A stretch of DNA of 64,000 nucleotides, taken from contig JAYWIR010000001.1 of assembly GCA_036172245.1 (NCBI GenBank), positions 10,416,001 through 10,480,000 of the forward strand, in the 5' to 3' direction. The first letter of the stretch is position 1. Every line of letters starts with the position of its first letter. Source of the DNA: Raillietiella orientalis. Its lineage: Eukaryota. A program made the position numbers and the translations under genes. Positions 1 through 12,600 of this stretch are shown here, piece by piece. The notes beneath the pieces are model-generated. The model was not told the origin of the DNA. It ran no database searches and saw only the letters and a program-made list of their open reading frames with translations.

Positions 1-487
1 CACAGAGCTTTCGGAGTTGTGTTGCTGCATCTGCCATCCGGGCACAAGAACTCGATGAAGCCTTCTCTATTGGTGGAGGCAATGTTGTTCCGTGACTCTG
101 CCAGCTTGTTCCAACGTCAGAGACTCGAGCTGATAGCAGAAAGAGCTCAGAAAATGATGCTTAACCAATGCCGTTTTGTCTTCAGATGTGACGTGACATC
201 CCTTCATCCAATGTGCTAATTAACACACTCGTTCGCATACGTGGTGCTTTCTGCAGATAAAGCGTTGCTATCGTCTTTTCTGCAACGTCGTCAGTGCGCT
301 TCTGACACTGGAGAGGCGACCCTTCGGCGGAGTATCAACCAGCTCCATGGTACGGTTCCTTTTTTACACCCGGAGGAGAACCTTGTAAAGAACCATCTTA
401 TCCATTTCTGAAAGGACCACGAGGGGGCAACTTTCAACCCCGCCACTCAACGGGGGCATCCAGATCCCGGTTTCCACCACCACCGCA

Positions 488-1813
488 AGCGAATAGAGCT
501 GTAGCTACAGTTTCGAACACTGGCCCTCATGGAAAAATTATGGAGCACCACCTGGTACCAACCTGCACGTCTTCTTGTCCAGCAAGGCACCGCCAGCGTG
601 TGATGCGTTCTTGCTTGCACGCCGTACACGCAGCCTCACGGCGGACTGCACCTGCGGCAGGTGGCCGCCTTGGCGAGGAACAACTCATGGATCTCGTGCC
701 GCACCGCGAATGGCAGTGCCTGGTTACGGGAAACCGTGCGCACGTGGGCGAGGATCCGGGAGCCGAGTGTGGAACAGGGACGACGTTTCCTGTACGTGCT
801 TAACAGCAACTACACGCTCCAGGAGATCCTGGACGATCCCGCGAAGAGTGCGTGGGCAAGGAGAACCTCCCTCGCCGCCATGCTGCCCTCCCTGAGAGAT
901 CCCATGGGCAGAAACCTCGAGGTTAGATGGGAGGTTACTGTGGAAATCTCCAGAAGGAGGAAAGGACTGGGCGAGTGGACGATGGGCCAGGTCACTGACG
1001 CTGAGACCCTGAGTGCTCGACCTCTTGGACTTTTGTGCTGGGGCGTGCTACTGGGTATTTCAGAGGAAGACTTCCAGTGGTTCCCGGTGCTCATGAACAC
1101 CCTCACCCACCCCTTAAAGTGGCAGAAGAGTGATGCTGCTGCACTGGGGCTTCCTGTGCAATGCCGTCCAGCATTAGTAGATATGGAAGGGAGGGATGAA
1201 TCCAAACTGTGCAATGTAAGGGGAGCAGGAATCCCTCCTGCACCTCCTAGTGGACTGCATTGCCCTTCGGCCCCTTTGGGGACGCTTTGTTACGACCCTT
1301 GAAACCCCCACAAGCAACTCCAGAGACGTTCTTAAGCGTCGCTTCCAGCGCGACACCCTCACGCCAGCCCCATCCCTAGCAACGCTGCGCTACCCACACG
1401 GTGGGATCGTGGCTGCATGGAGCAATGCCATAGGAGTCCAGAACGACAGGGACGTCATCTATTTTGCTGTCCTCTTCCTGAGGACAGCATCGAGATGGTC
1501 CCATCTGGGAGTTTTGAAACGGGAACTTGTCGGCATCCTTACAAGGATGCAGAGGATGCCCTCTTGCACGCGTTAACCCCTTCCCGAACCTCTCCATTTT
1601 ATTGACTGCATTTTTCGTTTTGTTTTTTTCTTTTTGTTTGTCTCCCCTGTGCTGCCGAGGCGAACCCTGCTGACCTGAATGCTAGATCCCGGCAGGTTCC
1701 TTTCCGTATTCATAAGTAACGTGGCAGGATCAAACTGTCCTGTCCTCCAGACATGTAGGTTTATAAATAAATAGATGTTTCATAAATAAACGCCTCGGCA
1801 TGACCGGGTGTCA
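488..1813 (+). mobile_element. 5'-truncated L1/Tx1-like LINE 3' end (degraded ORF2 C-terminus plus 3' UTR)
   Basis: Frame-shifted LKWQ...LHWGFLCN...PNCAM*GEQESLLHLLVDC (zf-RVT-like), T-rich 3' UTR, AATAAA+hairpin at 1785-1808. Candidate TSD ACCAC(CA/TG)CCGCA at 476-487 and 1814-1825. Confidence 0.8.
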
Positions 1814-1908
1814 ACCACTGCCGCACCCGTATAGGTCAACCAGCGTCATCTTGCATGGAGAACTCGAAATGTACGACGCACCTCCCATTTCTCGGCGCCA
1901 ATCCTTTA

Positions 1909-2568
1909 TTTTCACCTGGTCACACCGGGGCGTTTACTGTAAAAAAGATATTTACAAAAGAGCATTCATACAAAATGTGAAAAGATCTCTTTCTTCACAT
2001 CACCACTTCGAAGGGAAATGCCTCGGAGGAGCTGCTTCTCGTGAGCGGCTCCCCCGATGAGGTCCGCACAGGAAGAGTGGAGGAAAGGGTAAACAAAAAC
2101 AAAAAAAATAGCACAAGAGGTCAGTTTGGAAAAATGCTATGGGTGAAGGAAAGAGATAAGAGATTTCTTCCTGGAGTCCTTGTGTTGGCAGAGATGGCCA
2201 TCTTGTCGCTTTGCTCATGAAGGAGCAAGCGATTAAGATGATCTCACAGTTCGACTGCCTCTTTCAGCGAGACTTCTTGCCGCCACGATCCCACGAAGAC
2301 AGCACAAATCTGCCAGGGAAGCTGCAGGCGACATCGAATCGCGTGAGAAGATTTGACCTCAAGACGTCCTTGCCGCTGTCCATCGGGAGTGGTAGGGCCG
2401 CAGAGAAGCGTTTCCTAGACACTCAGGAAGGCAACAGAATCCAAGAGCAGATGCGGGAAGGTTTTCCGTTCCTCGCAAGTGGGGCTACACTCCCCCTTGT
2501 CCAGTGGTGGACCCACGCATTGCATGGGATCGTCCAGTGCGGCAACTGGCAGGTCGAGTCCTGCCACA
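1909..2568 (-). mobile_element. 5'-truncated L1/Tx1-like LINE 3' end
   Basis: Minus-strand WQDSTCQLPHWTIPCNAWVHHWTRG, terminal AGTAAACGCCCCGGTGTGACCAGG-TGAAAA, and 17-bp TSD TCGGCG(C/T)CAATCCTTTA at 1892-1908 and 2569-2585. Confidence 0.85.
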
Positions 2569-3684
2569 TCGGCGTCAATCCTTTACGGGTATTCGAACCC
2601 GGGACGCTTGGTACCAGGTGCGGAGACCGTAGCCACAAGTCCCCCAACGCTGGCACGTGGTTCTTCACGTGGTTACAGTGGAGGAATCAACTGAATGGAA
2701 GGTTCAGCTGCTGGAGCGAAACACCGCATTTGGCGCTCCCTGCTTTCCTTTGCAGCCGAGTTTCCTTTTGCATCTCGGCGCAAGTATTCCGCAAAGACGA
2801 AAATCCAAATACGATGCTTTTCCACTCTCTTTGCTGCTTTTGCAGATTTCCGTGACGGCTCAGCGGTTCACTGGAAAGAACTCGTAGTATGGTGCGAGTG
2901 TAATGAAGCAGTGCAAAACAGCAGTGCTTACGAGGCCACTTTTCGTACCGCTTTCTAATCGGAATGTACCGAGCAGAAAATCGTCGATCGTTGCTCCTAA
3001 TAGGGCAGTGTCCATTTCTGTGATGCATCGTTCCTCATCTCCCCGACAGAGAGTACTTAAAGCACAGCATAAATCAAAAGCCGGGAAGATGAACATTTCT
3101 GAACTGTATCGGAAACAGGGGAGGGATCACTTGCTGGCGCGGCTTCCATCATTTCCTTCGCTTCACGTGGCCGGCAGAAGTGCAAGGGTGAGGCGATCCG
3201 GCAGGGGAGGGCCATTCGAACCCGTTTCGAAAACAGAGACTCCCTTTCCCACCGCCGCCCCGCCCTCTTTCCATGGCTCTCTTCGTTCTGGAGATTATAA
3301 ATCACTCCAGAAAGAGCGCGAACAAGTGCAATGATGCCTGGATGTTGAAAGTATGCCGAGAAAGAAATAGAAGCAAAAACGAAAAAAAGAAAGGAGCTGA
3401 ACGGAGCCGCGAAATGAGGCGCAGCGCAACTGGAGGAGAAGTCACGTTCTCCGTCGAATAAGCACAGCTTCCGGTTTTCCACTTCCGCTCCAAAGGGCCG
3501 CTCGCTCGTCTATCAGAGCTCGCGTTAAATGCCGCTTGGCCCGTCTCACTGTTTTCGAATCATTGGCCGCTTTTACTGCTAACCATCACCATGAAGCAGC
3601 ATTTGCACAGCCGACAAAAAAGAAAAAAACGTACGTCCCATCGTTCCCCAATGATAAAAATGAGATCCAACACGATGAGATGAT

Positions 3685-5582
3685 TTTTGGCCCGGTTACG
3701 CCGGAGCGTTTATTTGATTAAAATAAAACTAGTTGGGAGCCGAAGGTCCCAACAGAAAACGAAAGAAGTTCAAGGGGAGGGCCCAACCATACGCAGGTCG
3801 GAACATGTAAAAATAGGGAGCGGAAGGGAAGGGACAATAAATAAATAAATAAAAGGATTGTGGGGACAGGGGTTACCGATGCTGGCTGTTCTTTTTTTTA
3901 GAACTGGCCGTTGGACGGCAGCCATTTCCACCTTGACTTCCTCTTCCAAATAAAGAAGTCGCCTTGCAGTCGTCTTCATGGTGACCTCTCTCGGCCGCGT
4001 CCGCCTCTCAAACACATGAGTCGTGACGATGGCGTGGAAGCAACACGCCGTCGTCATCACTGCATCAGCTAAGAGTACTCCGCGCGCACAGAATCGCCGC
4101 GGAAAGTCCTTCCCAATGTCCTAAGTGTGGAGGAGTGCTAAAGCAAAAGTTCGCTGAGGGTACCGCAGTCCAAGAGTAAGTAAAGGAGTGATTCGATCGT
4201 CCAGCACCTTAAACAGATCGAGGACGCAACTTCCCCGGAGGCGAGGTGTTCTCGCTGGTTGCACCGGAAACCCTACTGAAGAAGCGGCCTGTTTCCACTG
4301 CACAGGAAACACGGAAGTGTTCAAACACGGGAAAGGGACCACAAGTTCATCGGTGCAACACTCAACAGTTCAGACCACTGATGGAGTCCCTTCGACTGGG
4401 CACGCGGAATGGCGGCAGCCGTCGAGGAGTTTCGTCTTCCCTGCAATGGTGCAGGAAACCAATTCGCCTCCGAGGAAGCCGCCCCGTGAGAAATGCCTTT
4501 CGGTGACCTCGCTTCATGGGTTGCAGGCGCGCCTGAGCGCCAAGATTCGTGGCAGCACAAACGCGATGGCATGGATACCGGTGCGATCAACGCCGAAGGG
4601 GCGGTTCTTCGCAGCAGTCAGTTGATTTTGCTGTATCTGCTGTCCACGGCCTTTATGTGCTGCTCGTCCGGAGACCATTGCCACACCCCGTCGGTAGGCT
4701 GCTGTCATCGCTTGCTTTGCGGGAAGACAGCGCTGCGGCGAGTGACGCGACTGCCAAGATTCTCAACTTCTTAGGTTCCTGAAGTAACTCTCCCAAAGGA
4801 TGGATGAAACAGTAGCGACAGGGACGGAGTTTTTCTGGGCGCATGCCCTGGTACGCAGCCCAAGAAGCAACCGCCTCCTGCTGCCAAGCAATAAACTTGA
4901 GTAGGCGGCACGAGATCCACGGATGGGTTTTCAGTAGAGAAGAGGCGAGTTGCCTCAGGGGGAAGTCAAATCCTCGCATCCAGTACTGAAAGCTCGACTG
5001 CAAGGAGAGCAGTGCTTCGCTGCCATACGCATCTCTGAAGGATGAGGCGGGGGAGTCTGCTGCTTGGCGCGAGGGACCAGCATCCAGAGCTGCATCCACG
5101 ATTCCCTCCGGCGTCGGGGATTGCCTAAGCCGGCGTCCCGGCGCGGAGACGCCAAGTCTTTGAGGCGGATCCTGGACCTCGCGGCTCCCCCACAATGGGT
5201 TGTGCAGCAGGCGTTGTGCCCGGCGCTTGGCCAAGTAAGCGGGCGAGCGAACCAAAAAACAGGAAGCGGAGGAAAAGGTCAACAAATTGCAGCCCGTCCC
5301 GGCAAGAGGAAATTGCTGTGGGGGAACGCTCCGAGAGAAAACTCACCACGAAAATGCTGACCGACATGGCTACGCTCCACTTCCAGACGAAGAGATTCCG
5401 CTAGAGGGCTGAAACCTGGAATCTGTCCTTCTTGAGCTTCTGTGTGCCCGGACCATTCCGTGCCTTCTGTCAGGTGAGGCAGCACGACGTGGTGATCCTC
5501 TTGCACTGGGATCTCGCTTGCAGCAGGCGTGCCTGCACCACATGACAAGGACGCACCACAAGAAGTGGTGCGTCCCTGTAAA
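3685..5582 (-). mobile_element. 5'-truncated L1/Tx1-like LINE (~1.9 kb of ORF2 C-terminal region, degraded)
   Basis: Minus-strand FPVQWKQ/HPWISCR/zinc-finger region, terminal AATAAACGCTCCGGCGTAACCGGG at 3691-3714, and perfect 10-bp TSD ATGAGATGAT at 3675-3684 and 5583-5592. Confidence 0.85.
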
Positions 5583-5984
5583 ATGAGATGATCGAGAATG
5601 AAAAGACTGCGTCATAAATCACGGAGTCCTTGTCCTGCGGTTCCCATTGCATCCTCAACCTCGTCGAGAAATAACTCACTCTTTGCGAAGGCATTCCTTA
5701 AGTTATGTGCTATCCCATCTCGGAGATACAGTAACAGGAAGGCAGCTCAGAAGCTGTGTAGACGAAAAAAACACGAATTGCAGGTTTTTTCACTGTCGGA
5801 CCAAACAGTAATCTCAGTCTCATTACCAGAATCTCAGTTAGCTTGGTCGTTGGTGCCGGTGTCGTCTTCCCTTGTGACAGCGCACTCTGTTAGGATTTTC
5901 GTCAATCGAAACGTAAAAAGGACAAGAAACATTTTCTTTCTTTCTTCGTAAAAAGGACAAGAACCGCTAGCTTATGGGTTCACG

Positions 5985-6685
5985 AAGCTCTTTAACACTG
6001 CTTCACGCTACCCGAGAGCTTGTGTGACTCTTCAAGATAGGAGGTAACCACGGATAGACCACCCTGTGAATCCAGGAAGGTTCCGGGGGAGGGGGTCCGT
6101 TCCTCTTACGCTTGGTAGGGGAGCCTCGTTTTACTGCCTCCGAAAAGAGATCCGAAGGAAACCTCTTCCTTATTCTCTCCGGAGGGATTCCTGGAGGGTA
6201 CAGCTCCATTGTTTCTTCTCCGAAGGGCACCCGGAAAGGATCCACTCCTGGAATTTCTCCTCCAGAAGAAAACCGCAAGGGAACCGCTCCTCGTTCCCTC
6301 CTCCGAAGAGAATACCGAAGGGACGCTTCGCAATTTCTCAGGAGGACGCTTCTGACACTAGGAAAGGCAACCCATCAAGGGGGGCTAGCTGCTCCATAGT
6401 ACGCGATGATAAGGTTCCATCTTCATCACCAGAGAAGAACCCCGAAGCTAACCGGAGCTCCCTGGTTTCTGTGAGGATCCCGGATGGTCGAATTTCCTGG
6501 CCACTCAACGGGGCCATCATCAGACCCGCACCCGAATATGAGCCAACCAGCGTCATCTTGCGGGGGAGACTCGAAACCCACGACGCACCCATTTCTCGTC
6601 GTCCATCTTCCACGTGATCATTCGAACTCGCATCGCTCGTTGCCACGTGCGGAGGACGTTGTCATGCGGTTACCAACGCGGATAT
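5985..6685 (-). mobile_element. tRNA-derived SINE with internal ~40-bp tandem repeats
   Basis: Colinear with 57131-57871. Minus-strand GAGTTCGAAT B-box-like motif near 6622-6631. Repeated unit about TTYYTCYYCCGAAGRGNACCCGRAAGGRACCGCTCCT at ~6130-6340. Confidence 0.75.
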
Positions 6686-7145
6686 TTCTTTGCTCCACCG
6701 AAAGGAAGTCTTCCTCCTTTCGGTGAGGCAAAGAAGTGTTTGCAGTTAGTTTCCAGAGAGCAGCGCTCCCTCAAGAAAGTCGAGACTGGAGGGTGGTCCT
6801 TTCTTTCCGAAGATCGCGAGGGATGGAAGGAGGCTTTCGAAACGTCGGGTCGCAAGCTGGAAATGCCAGGATGTCGATCTTCTCTAGAAAACTCAGCTTG
6901 AGAACCGACTGGAGCGCAAGGATGGTCTTTGGGAGCGGATGCGGTGCGTCCAGGCAAAACGAAGGAACGAATTCTTTCCGCTTCAGACCGAACTGAGATC
7001 TTATCCTCACACAGCGAGTTTATCCTTTCAAAAACTGGGGACGCCGCCGCTACTTCGTGCTTACATTGCCAGGGCTTAGCGAATCAAAACCCTGGTTTAT
7101 CTTTTTCAGTGAGAAGCACATGAGCAGGGGGCGAATTCTCCTTCT

Positions 7146-8501
7146 CCCGATGTGTGCGCCTGCGGAGATGCACCGACAGCAAAGGACTGCTCTCGTTGCT
7201 GCCGGGCACCCACTACAGGATGCGAGGATTCGCTTCTCCCTCAGGCAGTTCGCCTCTCTAGTGGAAGTCCACTTGTGGATCTCCTGCCGCCCAATAAGCT
7301 ACAACATTTGGTGGCAAGAGGTTGTTGAGTCCTGGGGCGCATTCCACGGAATGAGCCCTAAAGATGTTTACCTCCTTAGGCATCTGCTACTACGACCGTT
7401 GGAAGTTGCGACGCAGGATGCAGGGAAGTGGTCGACCCTTGCTGCAGAGCTGTGTACCCTTAAGACAAGAGAAGACAGTAGCCTACCGGCGAGGTGGAAG
7501 TTTTCCTGAACTATCATGGTGGCTGCGGCACAGCGATAGTGCAGGAACTTCTTGGTGGCTGGAAAGCTCGCGAGTTGGCGGATGCAGTCACTCCACCCAC
7601 AAGTGAGACGGGACTCCTTCAGTGGAGAGAGTAGCTAAGTATTGCTCCCAAAGAACTTGTGGCCCCGCCAAACTGCATGCACACATTAGTGTTCTTGCTT
7701 AGTTGGGGACAGGACGTGCTGCTCTTCCAGCACTGGGGATCCCAGTGCAACGAGCGGCGGCACCGAGTTTCCGGAGGGGTTACATCTCCCAACTGTAGCA
7801 GATGCAGGTCAACCGAGTCAATTCCACACCTGCTTTTAGACCGCGGTGCGCTCCAACAAATGTGGCAGAGGCTGGCAGCATCACTCCTGCATTCGGAGGA
7901 CACCACTAGAGATGTGCTGCAACGGTTCTTCGCACCGGGAGGACTCTCGACTGGCACGGTGATTGCAACCATGGGTTGCATCCGCGCCATCATCATGGCC
8001 CGATGTGTGCTAGAGACCACCACGCAGAGAAGGGAGGTCACCATGATAGCAGGCACTACATCAGGGCGGCTGCAAGATGACCTCACCTGGAAGAAGAGAC
8101 GAAGGCGGAGATCACCGTCATACAACGCCGGTTGGTGGGTCGTTAGGAAGGGCCGATTCCGCTAACCTGATCCCTTGCCTCCCTTTATTTATTTATTTTT
8201 TTGTTCCCTATCTTTTTTTGCTCCTCAGTTTTTCCTGTGTTTTTTTTTTTTTTTCTTCTTTTCACCCCAGTTGCGCGACGAGCGAATCCAAAAATCTCTG
8301 CCCCATCCCACCCTATTTGATTCCTCTTCGTTGTCCCCTTGTCTCTCTCCCTTTCCGGACTGTCCATTATCCCGACCTGCGTGCCGGTGGACTCTTCCCT
8401 TTGTTATTTTTGTTTGTTTTCATCTTCTGGGAACATTCCGGTTCCCAACTGGTTTATGTTTTTGTAAAATAAACGTCCCGGCGTGATCGGGTATTAAACT
8501 A
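7146..8501 (+). mobile_element. 5'-truncated L1/Tx1-like LINE 3' end
   Basis: ORF 7659-8165 contains QHWGSQCNERRHR...PNCSRCRSTESIPHLLLD (zf-RVT-like). T-rich UTR, AATAAACGTCCCGGCGTGATCGGG at 8468-8491, and perfect 12-bp TSD AATTCTCCTTCT at 7134-7145 and 8502-8513. Confidence 0.9.
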
Positions 8502-9969
8502 AATTCTCCTTCTAGCTCGAACGGGTTTCGGCGGCGCTCGCGTACGCGGGCGCGTCTACGGCAATCCTTACAACACGAGTCCTTCGACGTGGTAAGGCAG
8601 ACCGCCTTCAGAGCGGAAATGGAGGAACACGCAGGTCTGTCTTTTGCTTCCACGACGACGATCACTCCCATCCGGCCGGGTTGTCAAGAAGTGTGGATCA
8701 GCTGGAGCTCGCACTCCTTTGCAGATTTCCGATTTGCGTGCTCTTAGACTGTTGCTGGTATCGATTACCTCTTGTAAGTGCGTTTCCAGGGATGGGAAGC
8801 TGGCAGAACAGAAGATGAATCACTTCCGAGAGGCAAAATTGGGCCGCACAAGTTGATTTCAGGATGGAGAATTGGTGATTTTTTTTTTAAAAAAAAAAAA
8901 AAATCCAAAGTAATCACAGAAGGAATGCAAGGAATCAAAGGAAGAAGTTTTCTCGAGAAGATCGTGACGCGGAAACCGAACTCGTGAGAAAGCCTCTTTT
9001 GTCTACGTTTTGGTACTTTCCCGCAGTCTCTCGGTGATCAACGAGAACACGGTGCCGTTCAAATAACACAGTGGAAAATTTGGAGGGACACGAAAATTGG
9101 AAAAAACAAAAAACAAAAGAAATCAAACAAAAAAAAAGGAATCATGTTGGATACCAGCTGAGACCGAAGGCACAGTGAGGCACTTGGTGATTTTCGACGC
9201 AGTGGCAGTAGAAATGTAGGGACTCCCATCGATCTTGGCGTAAGCCGCCGTTTCAGCTTTCCGATAGGAAGATTTGCCAAATCTTATCTCAACTGCTGCG
9301 AAGAATGGAGTTGATGCTGCGAAGCTGGCTTTCAGGGATCAAAGAAACTTTGCGCCCTCATGCGATAGAACTTTTTACAAACAAACGACATGATGGAAAC
9401 GTTGCTGTCACGTGGTTAAATAAGAAGGTTGTGCAGAATGCTGTTTAAAGCGTTTAGTAGAAAACGTGTAATTGGCCGTGGAGTGGGATGAGGGCGGAGA
9501 AATCGGGGTGGAAGAGGAAAACAAAAACCGAAAAACGGGCGGTCGTGGTGAGACCGGGAGCAACCCGGAAGGAAGGGGGGAGGGGAGCGCATGGCTGCTG
9601 CAGTCCACCTTGTCCTCCAGCTCCGTTTCCACTCCGAGAACTCCTTCTCCTCGGGATACGTGCACCAGAACCAGCCAGAACTTCAATGCTTGGCGAGCTA
9701 ATGGGACGAACGACTTTTGCTGCTGTTCTTCCACCTCGCCACGCAGCTTCCTGAAGATACGCCGACGCTGCTATCGCTTGCCACTTCTCGCTGCTTCGCA
9801 ACAACCCCTTGCTACTGCCTCGCCACGAACCTTCCGAGCGTTTTCTGCTGGGTTGTCAAGAGATGTTGCAGAAGTTCGAAGGCACATACATCGAGGAAAC
9901 AACATTGGCAGCAGAGACGCAGAGATTCAGCAAAAAGATGCTCCGTTCGGTTTCACTGTCTTCAGAAAC

Positions 9970-12600
9970 CAGTAGGAGAGCTGACCGACCCACGAGTACC
10001 ACACAAACTTGTACTCCTCCTGCTCAGAATCAAAGAACAAAAAAGGGCTTGAAACTGCTTAATATTTTCCCGGTCATACCACAGCTGGTGGTTCAGAAAC
10101 CCTATGCTGCTACAGTCAGGCACCCTGCACTTAAAACAAAGAGGGATGTCGGCGATTGGGTGACTGAGCCATGGGAACAGAGGATGCAGCCGGCTCATCA
10201 GGGCATTCATGATCGGACGGTCTCTTCGATTGGATTATTGTCCGGCAACCCTACATCTATACTGAAGCTGTAAAATCTTGGATTTCATGAACAGCTCTCA
10301 AGTGCTGTTTCACGGACTGCAATTAAATGCTGAGAAGGGGCCGTCTTTGTAACAAAGTCACAGTTCACTACACCACAGAACATGAGAGAAGCCAGTGGGA
10401 AATGTGGAGTCCCCCCACAAGCCTGTGGGTTTCATTTGCATACCTCCTGCTCGGAAACGAAGAACGGAAAAGAGCGAGCTTGAGATTGCTTAACCCTTTC
10501 CTAAACAGCGCTTTCGAAGACACCGAACAGCCACCATAAACCGAATTTCACTTCTGGGACACAAAGTTTGAGATGAGTTCAAGGGTTTTAAGACATGAGA
10601 CCTCGAAGGCTCCTTGCTGAAGGATCAGACGAGCAGCTGCTCTTCGTCTGTCAGATTGGAAACTGCTTTAGGTGTTCAGACTTAATAAAGCAACGCAAAA
10701 CATTTTGGATGAGCGTCCAGGTTGCGAATTAATCAGAAATACTTTTCTCTGCAGAAGCATTACGCTATGTAATCTTATGTGAACCCATAGGACACAAAGG
10801 CTCAGATATCTTCTATCTAGCCCAGATGACACGCACGAAACCAAACTTAAAAGTTTTTTGCCTCACAGCTAGGGCAAAAAGCACATACCTACAACTTTGC
10901 AAACTGTTACACCCAAAACTGACCATATATTAGGGCTCCATAAAAAGTCACTCGTAAGGGCTAGAGGAAGAAATATTTGATCAACTAGCCGTGTCATCTG
11001 GCAATCTTTAGCAATTTACTTAGTAGCAACTCAGAACGGCTGCATTCCTTCAAGTAAATGATGACTCGGGCATATCAACATGAGGTACCAACAACCACTC
11101 TTGTGTGGTCTAACTAGCCTCTACTGGTAAGCGAAATCCGATGATGAAAATACCAAAATCTAGAAAACTACAAAGACAGTACCTCCCCCCCCCAAAAAAA
11201 AAAAAACGGAATTCGTAAGAAAGCAGGAAGAAAAGAATTGCTTGAAAAAACTACTGTTGCAGAAAGCTACTGATTACCATCTAAAAACACAATACGCACT
11301 TCCTTACAAAATTATCTCTACAAGGATTAAAAGTTCCGAAAGATCAATATAACATTGCAAAAAGACCAACCGTTGCTGTTACGACTGTTCGTTGAAGCTT
11401 AGTCAAGATGGCGAGACACAGACAAGTCAGGTAAAAAGATACACACGGGCACATAAGCTGAGGAAAAATGACTCCGTTCGATTTTGTAGATAAGTTGTGC
11501 AACCGAAATCCTTCCGATCTCTGCATGCTATCTAATAAGAACTCCTTACTCATTGAAGCATTACAAATTAAAATTTGCCGCCTAAACTCCCGATGTATGT
11601 CGAACATAAATATGACGGCAATGGCAAACAGTCATCAGAATAAATCCTAAAACCCACGCTCGCTTCATTCATGATACCTAAGCCATTGAATGATTGCATT
11701 CTTATTGAATGTAAACACGCTGATAATTGATTACTGCACATTCATCATTAATTCTGTGATATAGGTGCCCTATTTGCAACATTGTGGCTCTCAAGGCGTC
11801 GCGGGAGCAGAGGAAATCCAGGAGAAAGTAGCAACTGTCTTTTTGGCTGATAGTTCTGAGACGACAGACTCTTTTTGTTTCCGACCCATGAACGAACTTT
11901 GTGAACGAATAGGGGTAAAGAAGACAAAAAACGTAATTTGGATTAACAGTTGCAAGCTGCAAGCTTCCTTCCATGAGCCTCCCACAGATCCTGCAGCCTC
12001 GATAGGGTGCTTTCCAGAGATTTGAGCAAAGTGCTTTTCATCGTAGAACAAATGCGACTGGGGTGCCCCCGATTTCACTTCACCAGATTTCATTTCAGGG
12101 ACTCGGACCCCACCTCTCTATGCATACAACCGGAAGCGCGGTTCTTGTCCGTCAGCAACACAAGTCGGTTTCATTCTGCATTAGCAACCATCTGCTGGCA
12201 ACTGGAACTGCAGGGAAAAGTGACCTGGTCGAAATTTCGTTCGGCAGTTTCACCCGGTCATCAGTCCGAGGGTCTCGCGGCATTCGAATTGCATAGGTTG
12301 TGCGTGGCACGCAGTGCAGCGAGGTCACGATGATGCAAGACCAATGAGAGGTAAGAGTAAAACCATTATAATTCTCTAAACAAAAGAGTGCTAAAGCGGA
12401 ATCCGCTTTGAAGGTTCTTCTGCCAATAAATCTGTTTAGAATTAGCTGAATCCATCTAGCCACTGCTTTTCTTGTAAAATCAGACCGGAAGCCTTCACAG
12501 ACCAGACTTTGATTCCCATAAGCGCAAAGCAATGAAACCAAGATTTTGGCGTCCCTTTGAGAATGCTGCACACTGCGATGAGATGAATTTTTATGGACAA
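9970..12600 (-). mobile_element. Highly degraded LINE ORF2 relic (RT to C-terminal zinc finger)
   Basis: Minus-strand remnants in the expected order: KAVARWIQLILNRFIG/QSGFR (RT1-2, ~12400-12480), GEVKSGAPQSHLF (RT4-like, ~12050-12090), PLCFKC...HQLWY (zinc finger, ~10080-10150). Confidence 0.5.

Larger units (their letters stand above)
299..2657 (-). mobile_element. tRNA-derived SINE copy split into three pieces (299-487, 1814-1908, 2569-2657) by two LINE insertions
   Basis: The pieces align in order with the copies at ~5985-6685 and ~57131-57871 (ccactcaacgg, gccgcacccg, acgacgcacc...catttct, ttcgaacccg). The minus-strand head has a B-box-like GGGTTCGAATAC at ~2587-2598. Confidence 0.75.

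Noticed and set aside
6130..6340. Regularly spaced repeats as a CRISPR array
   Set aside because: The units are contiguous, diverged tandem repeats without unique spacers. The context is eukaryotic and there are no cas genes.
6485..6525. Hammerhead-like CTGATGA-TGGCC..GGCCA-GGAAA on the minus strand within the SINE
   Set aside because: There is an extra G before GAAA, no convincing stems I/III, and the core is absent from the paralogous SINE copies at ~440 and ~57670.
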